Shown in pieces: positions 8,289 through 19,137 of a stretch of 64,000 nt of DNA. The notes beneath the pieces were generated by a model. That model was given only the letters and a program-made list of their open reading frames with translations, was not told the DNA's origin and made no database searches. The stretch's first letter is position 1. Each line of letters opens with the position of its first letter. The translations under genes and the position numbers were made by a program. Source of the stretch: Candidatus Babeliales bacterium (GTDB taxonomy: Bacteria > Babelota > Babeliae > Babelales > Vermiphilaceae); contig DATIEE010000006.1 in NCBI GenBank assembly GCA_035455925.1, forward strand, positions 45,224-109,223, read 5' to 3'.

Positions 8289-9794
8289 CTATTCCTTCAT
8301 CCGCAATGTTGGAAATAAAATTACATCACGAATAGATGGTGCGTTGGTCAAAAACATCGTCAAACGATCAATGCCAATACCAGATCCAACTGTTGGTGGC
8401 ATGCCATACTCAAGAGTTGTTACAAATTCAGCATCATAAAAATGTGTTTCATCTTCTCCTGCCGCACGAGCTTTTGCTTGATCATTAAAACGCTCAGCCT
8501 GATCGAATGGATTATTTAATTCACTAAAACCATTTGCTAGCTCCATGCCTGCGATATACAGTTCAAAACGATCGGCAAAATCATTATTATCAGCATTACG
8601 TTTTGAAAGCGGTGATACTTCAATAGGAAATTGCGTAATAAATGTCGGTTGAATAAGCGTTGATTCTACTAACTCTTCAAATAATATATTAAGTTTATAA
8701 CCCCATGATGGATTATTTTGCTCAACTTTTATAGCATGTTGAGTAATATATGTATCAATTTTATCACCAATAATATCCTCAACAGTACATTTAAGAACAG
8801 CCGCAACGGCTTCTTGCATAGTCATACGAGCAAAAGGTGCAGCAAAATTCAATACATACTCACCAAAATGAAGGTCAGTTGTTCCGCAGACTGTTTGCAC
8901 AATATGATGAAGTAATTGTTCAGTAAATGACATCATAAAAATATAATCTTGATTAGCTATATAATATTCTACCGTGGTAAATTCTGGATTGTGGCGAATA
9001 GATAATCCTTCATTTCTAAAACAGCGATTAATTTCATACACGCGATCGAATCCGCCAACTATCAAGCGTTTTAAATAGAGCTCTGGTGCAATACGTAAAT
9101 ATAACTCCATATTTAGCGCGTTATGATGTGTTACAAATGGCTTTGCAATCGCGCCACCAGGAATTGGGTGCAACATTGGCGTTTCTACTTCTAAAAATCC
9201 ATGTTCATTAAAAAATGAACGCATTGTTGCAACAATATGCGAACGTTTTTTGAAACGATCTTTACTTTCAGCATCAGTAATAAGATCAAGATATCGTTGA
9301 CGATATTTAATTTCCTTATCAGCGATACCATGAAATTTTTCTGGTAATGGATGAAGGCATTTACTCAGTAATGTAACTTCTTGTGCTTTAAGAGTTATTT
9401 CACCTGTTTTAGTACGAAACGATGTGCCCTTGCACCAAATAATATCACCGAGATCAAGGAAATTATTGACGAAAGAAAATGCTTGCTCACCAATAATATC
9501 TTCACGTAGATACAGCTGTAATTTTCCATTGCTATCTTGAATGGTAAGGAATCCTGCCTTGCCATGCATACGAGAGGTTAAAATACGTCCAGAGACTTCA
9601 TAGATTCGTGATTCTTGTGTATCAGTAAATTCTATTAAAACATCGCTACTTGTTGCATTTGTTAGTTTAGATGCTGGCCATGGATCAATCCCAAGAGCCT
9701 GCATTTTTTTTATTTTTTCTACACGAATTTGATATTGTTCTTCTGGTAGTTCATGTAACCCATTTTTTAATTCCATACGAGATATCCTATACAA
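8289..9794 (-). CDS. lysS: lysyl-tRNA synthetase, class II
   Basis: Class II motifs (FLEVETPML, GGFDRVYEINRCFRNEG, GIGIDRL), OB-fold N-terminus and typical length of 501 aa. Confidence 0.95.
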   Translation of the reverse strand: MYRISRMELKNGLHELPEEQYQIRVEKIKKMQALGIDPWPASKLTNATSSDVLIEFTDTQESRIYEVSGRILTSRMHGKAGFLTIQDSNGKLQLYLREDIIGEQAFSFVNNFLDLGDIIWCKGTSFRTKTGEITLKAQEVTLLSKCLHPLPEKFHGIADKEIKYRQRYLDLITDAESKDRFKKRSHIVATMRSFFNEHGFLEVETPMLHPIPGGAIAKPFVTHHNALNMELYLRIAPELYLKRLIVGGFDRVYEINRCFRNEGLSIRHNPEFTTVEYYIANQDYIFMMSFTEQLLHHIVQTVCGTTDLHFGEYVLNFAAPFARMTMQEAVAAVLKCTVEDIIGDKIDTYITQHAIKVEQNNPSWGYKLNILFEELVESTLIQPTFITQFPIEVSPLSKRNADNNDFADRFELYIAGMELANGFSELNNPFDQAERFNDQAKARAAGEDETHFYDAEFVTTLEYGMPPTVGSGIGIDRLTMFLTNAPSIRDVILFPTLRMKE

Positions 9795-9851
9795 TAAAAA
9801 AATATCAAAGCTATTTTCTATCAGTATAAGATATCTGTATTTTTTTACTAC

Positions 9852-10475
9852 TTACTCAACAACAGCACGATAATTTTCTTCTATCATATCCCAATTAATA
9901 ACATGCCACCATGCGCTAATATAATCAGGCCGTTTGTTTTGGTACTTGAGATAATATGCATGTTCCCATACATCAAGACCCATTATGGGAGTTGCATTAT
10001 ATAATAAAGGTGAATCTTGGTTTGGTAAAGCTGTTAAGACCAATTTTTTATCATTATCAACCGAAAGCCATGCCCAACCGCTTCCGAAAACAGATTTTGC
10101 CTGTGCATTAAAAATCGCTTGAAATTCAGCAAATGAACCAAATGTTTTTTTAATAGCATCTCCAACTAAGCCATTTGGCTCGCCACCCCCATTTTTTTTC
10201 ATAATGCGCCAAAATAATGAATGATTATAATGTCCACCAGCATTATTACGTACTGCAGTACGGATGCTTTCAGGTATCGCAAATAAATCAATAAGCAAAC
10301 TTTCAACTGATGTTGGCTGAAATTCGGGGCATGTTTCGAGTGCTGCAATCAGATTATTTATATAGGCTTGATGATGTTTGTCATGATGAATTTCCATTGT
10401 TTGCGCATCAATATATGGTTCAAGCGCGCCATACTCATAGGGTAAAGCTGGTAATGCATATTTCATGTTATGCAA
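9852..10475 (-). CDS. Fe/Mn superoxide dismutase
   Basis: HHDKHHQAYINNL and DVWEHAYYLKYQNKR signature motifs; 207 aa. Confidence 0.9.
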   Translation of the reverse strand: MHNMKYALPALPYEYGALEPYIDAQTMEIHHDKHHQAYINNLIAALETCPEFQPTSVESLLIDLFAIPESIRTAVRNNAGGHYNHSLFWRIMKKNGGGEPNGLVGDAIKKTFGSFAEFQAIFNAQAKSVFGSGWAWLSVDNDKKLVLTALPNQDSPLLYNATPIMGLDVWEHAYYLKYQNKRPDYISAWWHVINWDMIEENYRAVVE

Positions 10476-10516
10476 TCCTTTATATTATGTAAGATTAAAA
10501 CTATTATATCAAAAAT

Positions 10517-10801
10517 CTATATTCCTATATAAAAAAGTTCATCACCTTTACGCGCCATTTGCAGTTGCTCACGGGCAACTTTCTCTTTATAAAAATCATC
10601 TGTTTGCCATGCATGAATCTCTTTTTCTACTTTAATAACTTCTTCGCGTAAGGTATCAATTGTTTTTTTTAATGTAAAAACAACCTTTTCTTGATTTCGT
10701 AACTCTACAATACCATTCGGTCCAAAAAAATACAATTGTGTAAACAATGTTATTTCAAGAAGCACTACACATCGTATAAATATTTTTTTTATATATATCA
10801 C
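10517..10801 (-). CDS. septum formation initiator family protein (FtsB/DivIC-like)
   Basis: N-terminal TM, coiled-coil, and a C-terminal block EKVAREQLQMARKGDELFY typical of FtsB. Confidence 0.55.
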   Translation of the reverse strand: MIYIKKIFIRCVVLLEITLFTQLYFFGPNGIVELRNQEKVVFTLKKTIDTLREEVIKVEKEIHAWQTDDFYKEKVAREQLQMARKGDELFYIGI

Positions 10802-10918
10802 TTAAACTCCTTTTATGCTATGAGCTACCATTACATTAGTTCATATAACTTATTTTATTCTTCAATTATATTGACTTGTGTTACAATATTTAGCTTTTAC
10901 TAAAGAAAAGGAATTATA

Positions 10919-12409
10919 ATGAAAAAAATATCTATTATTACTATAATAAGCTTGCTCATTACCTGCATCATAGCTGAAGATGTACCGGTAAAAACAACTA
11001 ATACTTCTGATGAAAATTTTGATGAGACAATTTTTGATTGGTCACGTACTTTTGCCCAAGTAGTAGACATAGCACATAAAAAACATTATGCCATAACTGA
11101 TCCTCAGGCAAATATGATTAAAGCAATCGATGGATTTGTTAATTCATTGGATGCACATTCGAATTTATTAGATCCAACAAAATTTAATGATTTGCATACT
11201 ATGATCTCAGGTGAATTTTATGGGGTGGGGATTATGATTGATAATATGAGAAAGCAAAGTGATAAATATTTAACCATTGTTGACACAATTCCCGATGGTC
11301 CTGCAGATAAGGTTGGTATTCAACCAATGGATAAAATTGTGGAAATAAATGGTGAAAAACTTGAAGGACTAATGACAGAGAAAATAATTTCTTGGCTTAA
11401 AGGAGAACGTCATTCAATAGTCAAAGTAAAAATAATGCGTGAAAATAGTTCTGATTTATTAGCTTTTGATATTGTACGTGATGTCGTCAAAGAACAACAT
11501 TCTTTAAGTTTTAATATAAAAAATCATAATGTAGCATATCTGTCTCTTACCATGTTTACCGATACGGCTGTTAAGCAAATTGAAGAATTACTTAAAAAGT
11601 CACATACCCAAGAAACAAAGGGCTTAATCCTTGATTTACGTAATAACTCAGGTGGATTACTTACCGCAGCAATTGATATTGCAGGACTTTTTTTGGAACA
11701 AGGAAGCTTAGTAACATTAACGAAAGACAAAAACGGTAAAAAAATTGAAGAATATAGTACCACAAGAAAACCAATTATAAACAATAAACTCCCTATCTTT
11801 ATTCTTATCAATAATTATACTGCTTCTGCAGCTGAAATTATTGCGGGATGCCTCAAAATTAATTCTGACACAACAAATAATTTTTTAGTTTTCTTAGTTG
11901 GCACAAAAACATTTGGTAAGGGTTCAGTTCAAGAAGTTATACCAATAAGTAATAATTGTGCGCTTAAAATAACAACGTGTCTCTACTTTCTGCCAGATGA
12001 TACCACTATTCAAGGACGAGGCATTGAACCAGATTTTATAATTGAACGCACCCTGCCTATAACAGAACAAGTTCAATGGTTTATTAAAAATTATGGTCGA
12101 GAAGAAACACTGGACAACAGCATTAAAGTAACTGAAAAGGGCATTCCGTTGCCCAAAGAAATAAAAGAAAAAAAAGAAGAACCAACATTAATAACAACAA
12201 AAAAAAGTGGTGATAAACGATTTGATCGCGCAAAAGAAATGCTTCAAAACGATAACCAGTTACGTGAATGTATATCTCTTATCACTATGCTTAACACCGC
12301 CCAAACTTATATGCCGCAAATTGTCACAAAACGTGTAGATGCTATCTCGTATCTTAAAAAAAACTACATCTGCCATGATAGTTTAGAAATCGAAGAGGTT
12401 AAAATATAA
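10919..12409 (+). CDS. ctpA: carboxyl-terminal processing protease (S41 family, PDZ-containing)
   Basis: S41 motifs ILDLRNNSGGLL, TASAAEIIAGCL, TFGKGSVQ; signal peptide and PDZ region. Confidence 0.85.
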   Translation: MKKISIITIISLLITCIIAEDVPVKTTNTSDENFDETIFDWSRTFAQVVDIAHKKHYAITDPQANMIKAIDGFVNSLDAHSNLLDPTKFNDLHTMISGEFYGVGIMIDNMRKQSDKYLTIVDTIPDGPADKVGIQPMDKIVEINGEKLEGLMTEKIISWLKGERHSIVKVKIMRENSSDLLAFDIVRDVVKEQHSLSFNIKNHNVAYLSLTMFTDTAVKQIEELLKKSHTQETKGLILDLRNNSGGLLTAAIDIAGLFLEQGSLVTLTKDKNGKKIEEYSTTRKPIINNKLPIFILINNYTASAAEIIAGCLKINSDTTNNFLVFLVGTKTFGKGSVQEVIPISNNCALKITTCLYFLPDDTTIQGRGIEPDFIIERTLPITEQVQWFIKNYGREETLDNSIKVTEKGIPLPKEIKEKKEEPTLITTKKSGDKRFDRAKEMLQNDNQLRECISLITMLNTAQTYMPQIVTKRVDAISYLKKNYICHDSLEIEEVKI

Positions 12410-12412
12410 AAA

Positions 12413-13198
12413 ATGAAAAAACTTGCTCTACTTTCTATGATTTTGCTTTTTGGTTCTATTCTCTACATTATTTCAGAAAAATCGGATGATAGTATTATTG
12501 TTGAAAGTAATCAACTTTCAACAATAATCAATTATATTAATTCTCCCGACACTCTCGTTATTTTTGACATTGATAATACATTAGCTCATCCTACACAAGA
12601 ATTAGGCAGCGATGAATGGTTTTGTTTTTTGGTAGATAAAAAAATGTCAGAAGGCTTTGATCGTTTGACAGCAGTATATTATGCGTTACCAAAAATTTTC
12701 TACGCTCAATTTAATATTCCTTTAAAACCAACAGAAGACGGTATATCTGAATTAATTTCACAGCTTGCAAGCAATAATATTGCTATAATGGCGCTTACTG
12801 CACGCAGTATTTTTATTGCGGAACGAACTATCGAGCAACTGCATAATATTGATATTGCTTTTTTTATGTCTGGCATAAGTAATGATGATCTTGTATTACC
12901 AATGCAACATCCTTCTTTTTATAAAGAAGGTGTTTTATTCAGTGGCGATAATGATAAAGGTGAAACATTACAATATTTTTTAAATTTCATGAATTATCAT
13001 CCACAAAAGATAATATTTATTGATGATAAAATGAAATGTATTGAGTCTGTTAAAAAAGGAGCTCAGAAACTTAACATCCCATTTGTTGGTATTCGCTATT
13101 CTTACTGTGATGAGCGCGTTAAACAATTTGATCCAGCAAAAGCCGAAAAACAATGGTATGAGCTATTGCAACAAAACCGGATAACATCAGCTATATAA
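12413..13198 (+). CDS. HAD-superfamily hydrolase-like protein (secreted)
   Basis: DIDNTL motif I of HAD phosphatases after an N-terminal signal-like segment. Confidence 0.4.
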   Translation: MKKLALLSMILLFGSILYIISEKSDDSIIVESNQLSTIINYINSPDTLVIFDIDNTLAHPTQELGSDEWFCFLVDKKMSEGFDRLTAVYYALPKIFYAQFNIPLKPTEDGISELISQLASNNIAIMALTARSIFIAERTIEQLHNIDIAFFMSGISNDDLVLPMQHPSFYKEGVLFSGDNDKGETLQYFLNFMNYHPQKIIFIDDKMKCIESVKKGAQKLNIPFVGIRYSYCDERVKQFDPAKAEKQWYELLQQNRITSAI

Positions 13199-13204
13199 AA
13201 TTAT

Positions 13205-13252
13205 TAAAAATGAGTAATGCATTGTTTGTTCAATAGCATTACTCATTTTTAA
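13205..13252. terminator. bidirectional rho-independent terminator
   Basis: 12-bp stem AATGAGTAATGC/GCATTACTCATT flanked by aaaaa and ttttt, between convergent genes. Confidence 0.7.
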
Positions 13253-13280
13253 TAATTGTATAATAAATTGCAATTTTTCA

Positions 13281-14687
13281 CTAATACGGTAGCCGATTTT
13301 TATTTCCCGTTAGTTGACGCGTATTTAAGGTATTCACTACATTATTACCTGGGAAATTATACCCTATAAGGGCTTTTCTAGCTACCATTGGGTCTTTTAA
13401 TATTGCCCTCACTTCATTATCTTGTGCATACTCAAATGGTTTTTTACCTTGAACATCTTTTATTTCAGGATCCGCTCCTCGAGAAAGCAAACAAAGCACA
13501 AGCTCTTTATCAGTAAGATCACTTGCTGGGTTTCTCTTTATATCATGACTTTGAGCCCAAGAAGAAAAATTCTGTGAAGCAAAATCATGAAGAACAGTCG
13601 ATCCCGATCTTTCTCTTTGCATATTTATATTACAATGTTCATATGTTAATACATAATCTAAAAAACCTACATTCGCATGATAAAGAATAGTAAGCATAGC
13701 TACATATTGCAGATGTTTATCTTTATCAGACAATCCTAAAGATGCTCCATTTGAAATAAGTAAGTTAGCTACATTATAAGCACCATTCTGATTTGCCCAG
13801 AATAGAGGAGTTAGGCCTTCATTATCTTTAGCGTTTACGTCTGCTCCATTGCTAATGAAACATTCTGCAACCGGAACATTATCCCCTATTTGCATTAACG
13901 GTGTTAAACGTTTTTTACTACGTCTATCAACCGCATATCCTCTATTAATAGCCTCTTGCGCAATTAAAGCAGGATTTTCAAAAATATCAAAATTAAAAGA
14001 CGCCATACCTGTGCCATCAACAAACTTTAAATGTGGGCCGGCACCTTTTTTAAATAAATATTCCCTTACTTGTTTTGAGCAAGCCCTTATAAGTGGAACA
14101 TCTTCAAAATCACTATTGGGATTTATACCAGCAAGATTTATATCCGCATTTTTTTCTTCAACAAGATACTTAACTATATCAAAACAATTTTTTTCGCAAG
14201 CAATACCCAATAAGGTGTCTTTGGCTTTCTCTAATGATTCAGCATATACGTATGTAGGCTCACCATTTCTATTATCAACAAATAGGCCTGATAAACGCAC
14301 GCGATGATTAACTGCAACTTCCTTTTCACGTATCATTTCATTAATATCATCAACATATGAAGATAAATGCTTTACCCTCTCAAGATCTTTTTTTTCACAT
14401 GCATCAAAGATTTGACGATACAACATATTGCTCCAACCACATTTATACCAAAACGATGCTTTATCATCATCATTGGATGAAAGATATAAATAAGTTCCTG
14501 CACCACCAGCAATTAAAACTGCTGCTACACTAAGACCAATTGCCTTATTATTTTGTTGCATTGAATGATTATTACTCACCGATAAAAATAGACTAAAAAT
14601 CATTAGCTTTTTAAAATTATTCATATAAAAATCCTTTGAAAAAATTAAACATAATTCATATTGTATTGATAGCGCATAAAAAAGCAA
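13281..14687 (-). CDS. ankyrin-repeat protein with N-terminal signal/TM segment
   Basis: Multiple ankyrin repeats (e.g. NGADVNAKDNEGLTPLFWANQNGAYNVANLLISNGAS); hydrophobic N-terminus. Confidence 0.8.
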   Translation of the reverse strand: MLFYALSIQYELCLIFSKDFYMNNFKKLMIFSLFLSVSNNHSMQQNNKAIGLSVAAVLIAGGAGTYLYLSSNDDDKASFWYKCGWSNMLYRQIFDACEKKDLERVKHLSSYVDDINEMIREKEVAVNHRVRLSGLFVDNRNGEPTYVYAESLEKAKDTLLGIACEKNCFDIVKYLVEEKNADINLAGINPNSDFEDVPLIRACSKQVREYLFKKGAGPHLKFVDGTGMASFNFDIFENPALIAQEAINRGYAVDRRSKKRLTPLMQIGDNVPVAECFISNGADVNAKDNEGLTPLFWANQNGAYNVANLLISNGASLGLSDKDKHLQYVAMLTILYHANVGFLDYVLTYEHCNINMQRERSGSTVLHDFASQNFSSWAQSHDIKRNPASDLTDKELVLCLLSRGADPEIKDVQGKKPFEYAQDNEVRAILKDPMVARKALIGYNFPGNNVVNTLNTRQLTGNKNRLPY

Positions 14688-14776
14688 ATTTATATTAAGT
14701 AGTACACAAACATTAAAACAATTTCATCCTGAAAAACCGAAAAAGAAGAAAGAATTATTGTGACAGAATAGAATTT

Positions 14777-16630
14777 TTATTCAACCGTGACTGACTTTGC
14801 AAGATTGCGTGGTTTATCAATCGGACAACCACGTAATCTTGCAATTGTATAGATAAAATATTGCATGATTCCCAGCATCGCCAATGGCCCAAGTAATGGT
14901 GGCACATCGCTAGATACAATGAATGAAGTTTCTGCAAGCGAGCATAGTTCATTTTGTCCGCTATAAGCAAACGCAATAATACGTCCGCCCCGAGCCTTAA
15001 CCTCATGAGCATTAGAAAGAATTTTTTGATAAATAACAGGATCACCATGAGAAAAAATATAAATCAACATCGTAGTATCAACTAAAGCTAACGAGCCATG
15101 CTTTAATTCACCTGCAGGATAACTTTCAGCAAATACGTAGGCAATTTCTTTTAACTTTAATGCACCTTCCATTGCAAGAGGATAACTAATATGTCTACCT
15201 AAAAATAATGCTTTATCATATGATGCATAGCGTTGCCCATCTATGGTATCAATACGATATGTATATTCTTTTAAAGAATCTTCCAGTAATTGTGCTACTC
15301 GTAATAAATCTTCTTCTGCTTTAAACAAATCCGCATAATTTATGATTTTTTTTTCAAGAGCAATACGATACGCAAACCAATAGAGAACTGTAAGTTGAGT
15401 GGAGAAAGCTTTTGTTGAAGCAACAGCAACTTCAAATCCAGCGTGTGTTAATAAATAACCATGAGCTTCGCGTATTATGGTACTCGTTGCAACGTTAGTA
15501 AGCGCAATCGTTGGCAAATTATAGATATTAATTAATCGTAATGCCTCAAGCGTATCTGCTGTCTCGCCCGATTGAGAAATAACAATATATAAAGCCTTAT
15601 CTTGCGGAAAAAAAGAAGTGTACCTAAATTCAGAAGCCAAATGCACTGTCACCGGGATATGCGCAATTGATTCAAAAAAAAACTGCGCTATTCGCGCCGC
15701 GTGCCACGAGCTGCCGCATGCTAATAAAACTATATGTTGCAAGCTTGCTAATTGTTGTGCCGTTATGCCCAACTGATCAAATAAGGATAAACCGACTTCT
15801 AAATCACGTAATGATTTTATCGTTGCGGTAATAGCATTATTTTGTTCGTATATTTCTTTGAGCATAAAATGTTCATACCCATTTTTATCAATATGCTCAA
15901 AAATAGTTGCAACGGTTTGGGCAGTAACAGACAATTCATTACCAGCAAAATCGTATACTTTAACGGAATTTTTATAGACAAAAGCAAAGCTTTCATCAGG
16001 TAAAAAAAAGTATGTATCTGTTTTTCCTGCAAATGCTAGAACATCTGACGCAACAAACATTTCATCATTACCAATACCGATATATAATGGTGATTTCTTA
16101 CGAACAGCAATAAGTACGTTGGGAAATTTTTGAAGCATAATAACAAAAGCATATGCTCCTTGCAATTTCTGCGCCAAAACACCTATTTCATCTGGCGCAA
16201 TTTCAATTGATAATGCAATGGACTCAAAAAGGTGGCTGATAACTTCAGTATCTGTATCAGACTGAAATACATGATTTAATTGAAGTAACTGAGACTTTAA
16301 AATATCATAATTTTCGATAATACCATTATGCACAACAGAAATAGTGCCAGAGCAATCAAAATGAGGATGGGCATTACGCTCTGAAATATCACCATGAGTT
16401 GACCATCGAGTATGACCTATACCCAAAAAGCCGTCGATGGGATTTTGTTTGACTTGTTTAGCTAAAAAAAGAAGTTGACCAGCTGCTTTAGAATATAAAA
16501 GTTTCTGATTTACTGGTTCGATACACGCAAAACCTGCAGAATCATAACCACGATACTCTAGTCGAGCTAGTCCTTCAAAAATAAATGTGCTACACAGAGA
16601 CTTTCCAATATAGCCAATAACAGCACACAT
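14777..16630 (-). CDS. glmS: glutamine--fructose-6-phosphate aminotransferase
   Basis: N-terminal MCAVIGYIG Ntn-amidotransferase start, SIS-domain motifs (SQSGETADT) and the characteristic C-terminus NLAKSVTVE. Confidence 0.95.
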   Translation of the reverse strand: MCAVIGYIGKSLCSTFIFEGLARLEYRGYDSAGFACIEPVNQKLLYSKAAGQLLFLAKQVKQNPIDGFLGIGHTRWSTHGDISERNAHPHFDCSGTISVVHNGIIENYDILKSQLLQLNHVFQSDTDTEVISHLFESIALSIEIAPDEIGVLAQKLQGAYAFVIMLQKFPNVLIAVRKKSPLYIGIGNDEMFVASDVLAFAGKTDTYFFLPDESFAFVYKNSVKVYDFAGNELSVTAQTVATIFEHIDKNGYEHFMLKEIYEQNNAITATIKSLRDLEVGLSLFDQLGITAQQLASLQHIVLLACGSSWHAARIAQFFFESIAHIPVTVHLASEFRYTSFFPQDKALYIVISQSGETADTLEALRLINIYNLPTIALTNVATSTIIREAHGYLLTHAGFEVAVASTKAFSTQLTVLYWFAYRIALEKKIINYADLFKAEEDLLRVAQLLEDSLKEYTYRIDTIDGQRYASYDKALFLGRHISYPLAMEGALKLKEIAYVFAESYPAGELKHGSLALVDTTMLIYIFSHGDPVIYQKILSNAHEVKARGGRIIAFAYSGQNELCSLAETSFIVSSDVPPLLGPLAMLGIMQYFIYTIARLRGCPIDKPRNLAKSVTVE

Positions 16631-16700
16631 TATACTATACCTTTTTCTTGGTTTTACTGGCTAGTGGTTAATTTAGCAATGCTAAATTATATTAACGTTA

Positions 16701-17120
16701 TTAACGTTTTACAAATTGAAATTTAGCACGAGCGCCTTTTTGACCATATTTTTTACGCTCTTTTTTACGAGCATCAACAGTCATAAGTCCGTGTTTTTTT
16801 AAAATAGATTTTGTATTAGCATCGAATTGAACAAATGCACGCGCAATGCCCAACTTAACTGCATCTGCTTGTGCTACTTTACCGCCACCGCATACATTCA
16901 CTTCAACATTAAAATCGGTCCCTATCGGACAAACTCTAAATGGAGTAGTTGCAACATCAGCCGCAACTTGAGTATCAAAATAACTTAAATAATCTTGCCC
17001 ATTAACTTTAACTTGACCATCACCTCGACGTAACCATATACGAGCAACTGCAGTTTTTCGGCGTCCTACACCATGAGCAACAGGAGAATTGGCCGTTTTC
17101 TTTGTCATTTCTTTTGCCAT
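16701..17120 (-). CDS. rpsI: 30S ribosomal protein S9
   Basis: GRRKTAVARIWLRRGDG..., GGGKVAQADAVKLGIARAF, and a C-terminal basic tail. Confidence 0.95.
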   Translation of the reverse strand: MAKEMTKKTANSPVAHGVGRRKTAVARIWLRRGDGQVKVNGQDYLSYFDTQVAADVATTPFRVCPIGTDFNVEVNVCGGGKVAQADAVKLGIARAFVQFDANTKSILKKHGLMTVDARKKERKKYGQKGARAKFQFVKR

Positions 17121-17283
17121 ATCGCACTATAACCTTCTCAATATGATTTAATAGATTTCTTTTTTAGTACTATGATTTTGCTAATTAGTATAAAACCATA
17201 AATTTTAATTGTCAAAAATTACTGCTGTTTTATATACATTTTTATTAATTTCAAATTTGATTAATAAAAGTTCAATCAATATA

Positions 17284-17359
17284 TGGAGCCGATGATCGGA
17301 TTTGAACCGATGACCTACTGATTACGAATCAATTGCTCTACCACTGAGCTACATCGGCC
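17284..17359 (-). tRNA. tRNA-Thr (anticodon CGT)
   Basis: Reverse complement gccgatgtagctcagtggtagagc...attga/ttCGTaa/tcagt...ggttcaaatcc...cca forms a cloverleaf with anticodon CGT. Confidence 0.8.
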
Positions 17360-17434
17360 ATTTAATTCACGCAAATATTCCTTTAATTATCACATACAAC
17401 AATTTAAAAGTAAAAATATTATTTGTTATGATAT

Positions 17435-17797
17435 TTAATGTGCACCTTGATCAAGTTTTTCTTCAAAATTTTCTTGGCAAGCTAAACAACGCATTGTACC
17501 GGGAAATGAACTAAGCCGTTTTTCGGAAATTGGATTGCCACAATCAATACATAGCCCATATTCACCTTCTTTTATCCGCTCTAAAGCTTTTGATATACCA
17601 CGGTATTCCTCTAATTCTGCATCTTGAAGTGACATGCGAAGTGATTCCATGGTTGCAGTTAAGGCCTGATCGCCCGGATCTTGTACTTGTCCATCGGAAA
17701 ATTGTTCTTTAGACATTTCCGTTAATTTTTGTTCAAGCTCTAATTTTCGCTTGAGCAAATCAGCTTCAATTTTTTTTAAATTACGTTTTTCATCCAT
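17435..17797 (-). CDS. DksA/TraR-family C4 zinc-finger protein
   Basis: Coiled-coil N-terminus and C-terminal CIDCGNPI...CLAC zinc finger. Confidence 0.8.
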   Translation of the reverse strand: MDEKRNLKKIEADLLKRKLELEQKLTEMSKEQFSDGQVQDPGDQALTATMESLRMSLQDAELEEYRGISKALERIKEGEYGLCIDCGNPISEKRLSSFPGTMRCLACQENFEEKLDQGAH

Positions 17798-18091
17798 TTT
17801 TTCCTCTTATCTTTAAAAAAATTCTTGAGCAACAATGTTACCTCACCAATAAAAAAAACCCTTTTATTCGTAAAGGCATCCCTTTTGTATACTCAAAGAC
17901 TCTCATAGTTGTCAAGAAAAATACTCAAGGGATTGCATTTCATTTTTTGTTTTTTTTATTCTTTGTTCTTTATACTTTGCTTTTGTGGAATTGGTTTTTT
18001 TAGTGTGCAATAATAAATATAATTATAAACTAAATTCCTAATAGACAGAATTGTTAATATTTTTTAAAAAAGAACATTTTTTTCGTAAATA

Positions 18092-19030
18092 TTATGTTGT
18101 TTTAGTTTCAATAATTTTTACATTACCATTGATGCTGTGAAGTGCAATACTTGCTTCACCAGTGCCAATGGTACCGTCAACTGCTTTTTTAAACTTATTC
18201 CATGCTGAATTATTAAGTTGCGTTGTGTAGGGTCGCAAGGTAATAGGGTGATCAGATATAAGAGTTCCATGTTCCGTATATCCATGAATTTCAGCATTAG
18301 TTTCAACAGGTAGCGCGAGTACAATGTTGCCTGATATAGTTTTTAAATTAATTGCGCTTATCGAGGGCACTTCCTTGCAGTAAGCAATTACTTTACCTGA
18401 TGAGGAATGTGCGTTAAAACTATGACTAATATTTTCTCCATAAATGTTTCCATGATAGGAATGAACATTTACTGGGCCTTGGGTGTTTGCAATGGTAATT
18501 GATCCCTTTTTGTGTGTGTAAGCGGTTACTGATTTATGTGTGTTTATTATGGTAATATTATCATTTGTATTAACATTAATAGTTCCGTAAATATCTTTTA
18601 TGAATGCGTCGCCATTTCCTGATATTGTAAGAGCGATATTGAGTGATGTAGGAACGATCAGTTCGTATTCAACAGAGCCAGTCAGTTTTGGGTTGATATA
18701 GTTTGTCGTGATGGTAAGATAATTATTTTTGCTGGAATCAACCATAACTTCAATATTATTGAGATCCTCCTGTTTTCTTGCTCGTTTTGTTGTTTTTAAT
18801 AAAAGTGAATTTTTTTTCCAACCGGTTTTAATCGTGATAGGGCCATTAATATTATCAATAGAGATATTTTTTACTGATAATGTAGAAAATTCCTGTTGAT
18901 CTGTTTTTTCTAACTTATAATTAGTAAAAAAAGTTTTTATTTTTTTACAATAGTGTTGGGCATAACAATTAGTTGTCATTAATGTGCATGTGATAGCGAG
19001 TGCAAGGGTTATACACATAGTTTTATTCAT
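18092..19030 (-). CDS. secreted beta-rich repeat protein (DUF4097/putative-adhesin-like)
   Basis: Signal peptide. Repeated G-x-I/V-x-V strands (NGNVKI, SGNIVLALP) typical of beta-helical DUF4097 proteins. Weak assignment. Confidence 0.4.
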   Translation of the reverse strand: MNKTMCITLALAITCTLMTTNCYAQHYCKKIKTFFTNYKLEKTDQQEFSTLSVKNISIDNINGPITIKTGWKKNSLLLKTTKRARKQEDLNNIEVMVDSSKNNYLTITTNYINPKLTGSVEYELIVPTSLNIALTISGNGDAFIKDIYGTINVNTNDNITIINTHKSVTAYTHKKGSITIANTQGPVNVHSYHGNIYGENISHSFNAHSSSGKVIAYCKEVPSISAINLKTISGNIVLALPVETNAEIHGYTEHGTLISDHPITLRPYTTQLNNSAWNKFKKAVDGTIGTGEASIALHSINGNVKIIETKTT

Positions 19031-19137
19031 TCGTTATCCTTTGATATAGTAAGATATTCAATTTTTTGATGTGTTTGTAGCATACAAAAAATGTTGTGCT
19101 AATTCAAAGAACAGTATTGTTATAATAAGGAAAAACG

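Noticed and set aside
16631-16700. glmS ribozyme or riboswitch upstream of glmS
   Set aside because: The upstream spacer is only ~70 nt with no recognisable conserved core, and the glmS ribozyme is essentially restricted to Gram-positive lineages.
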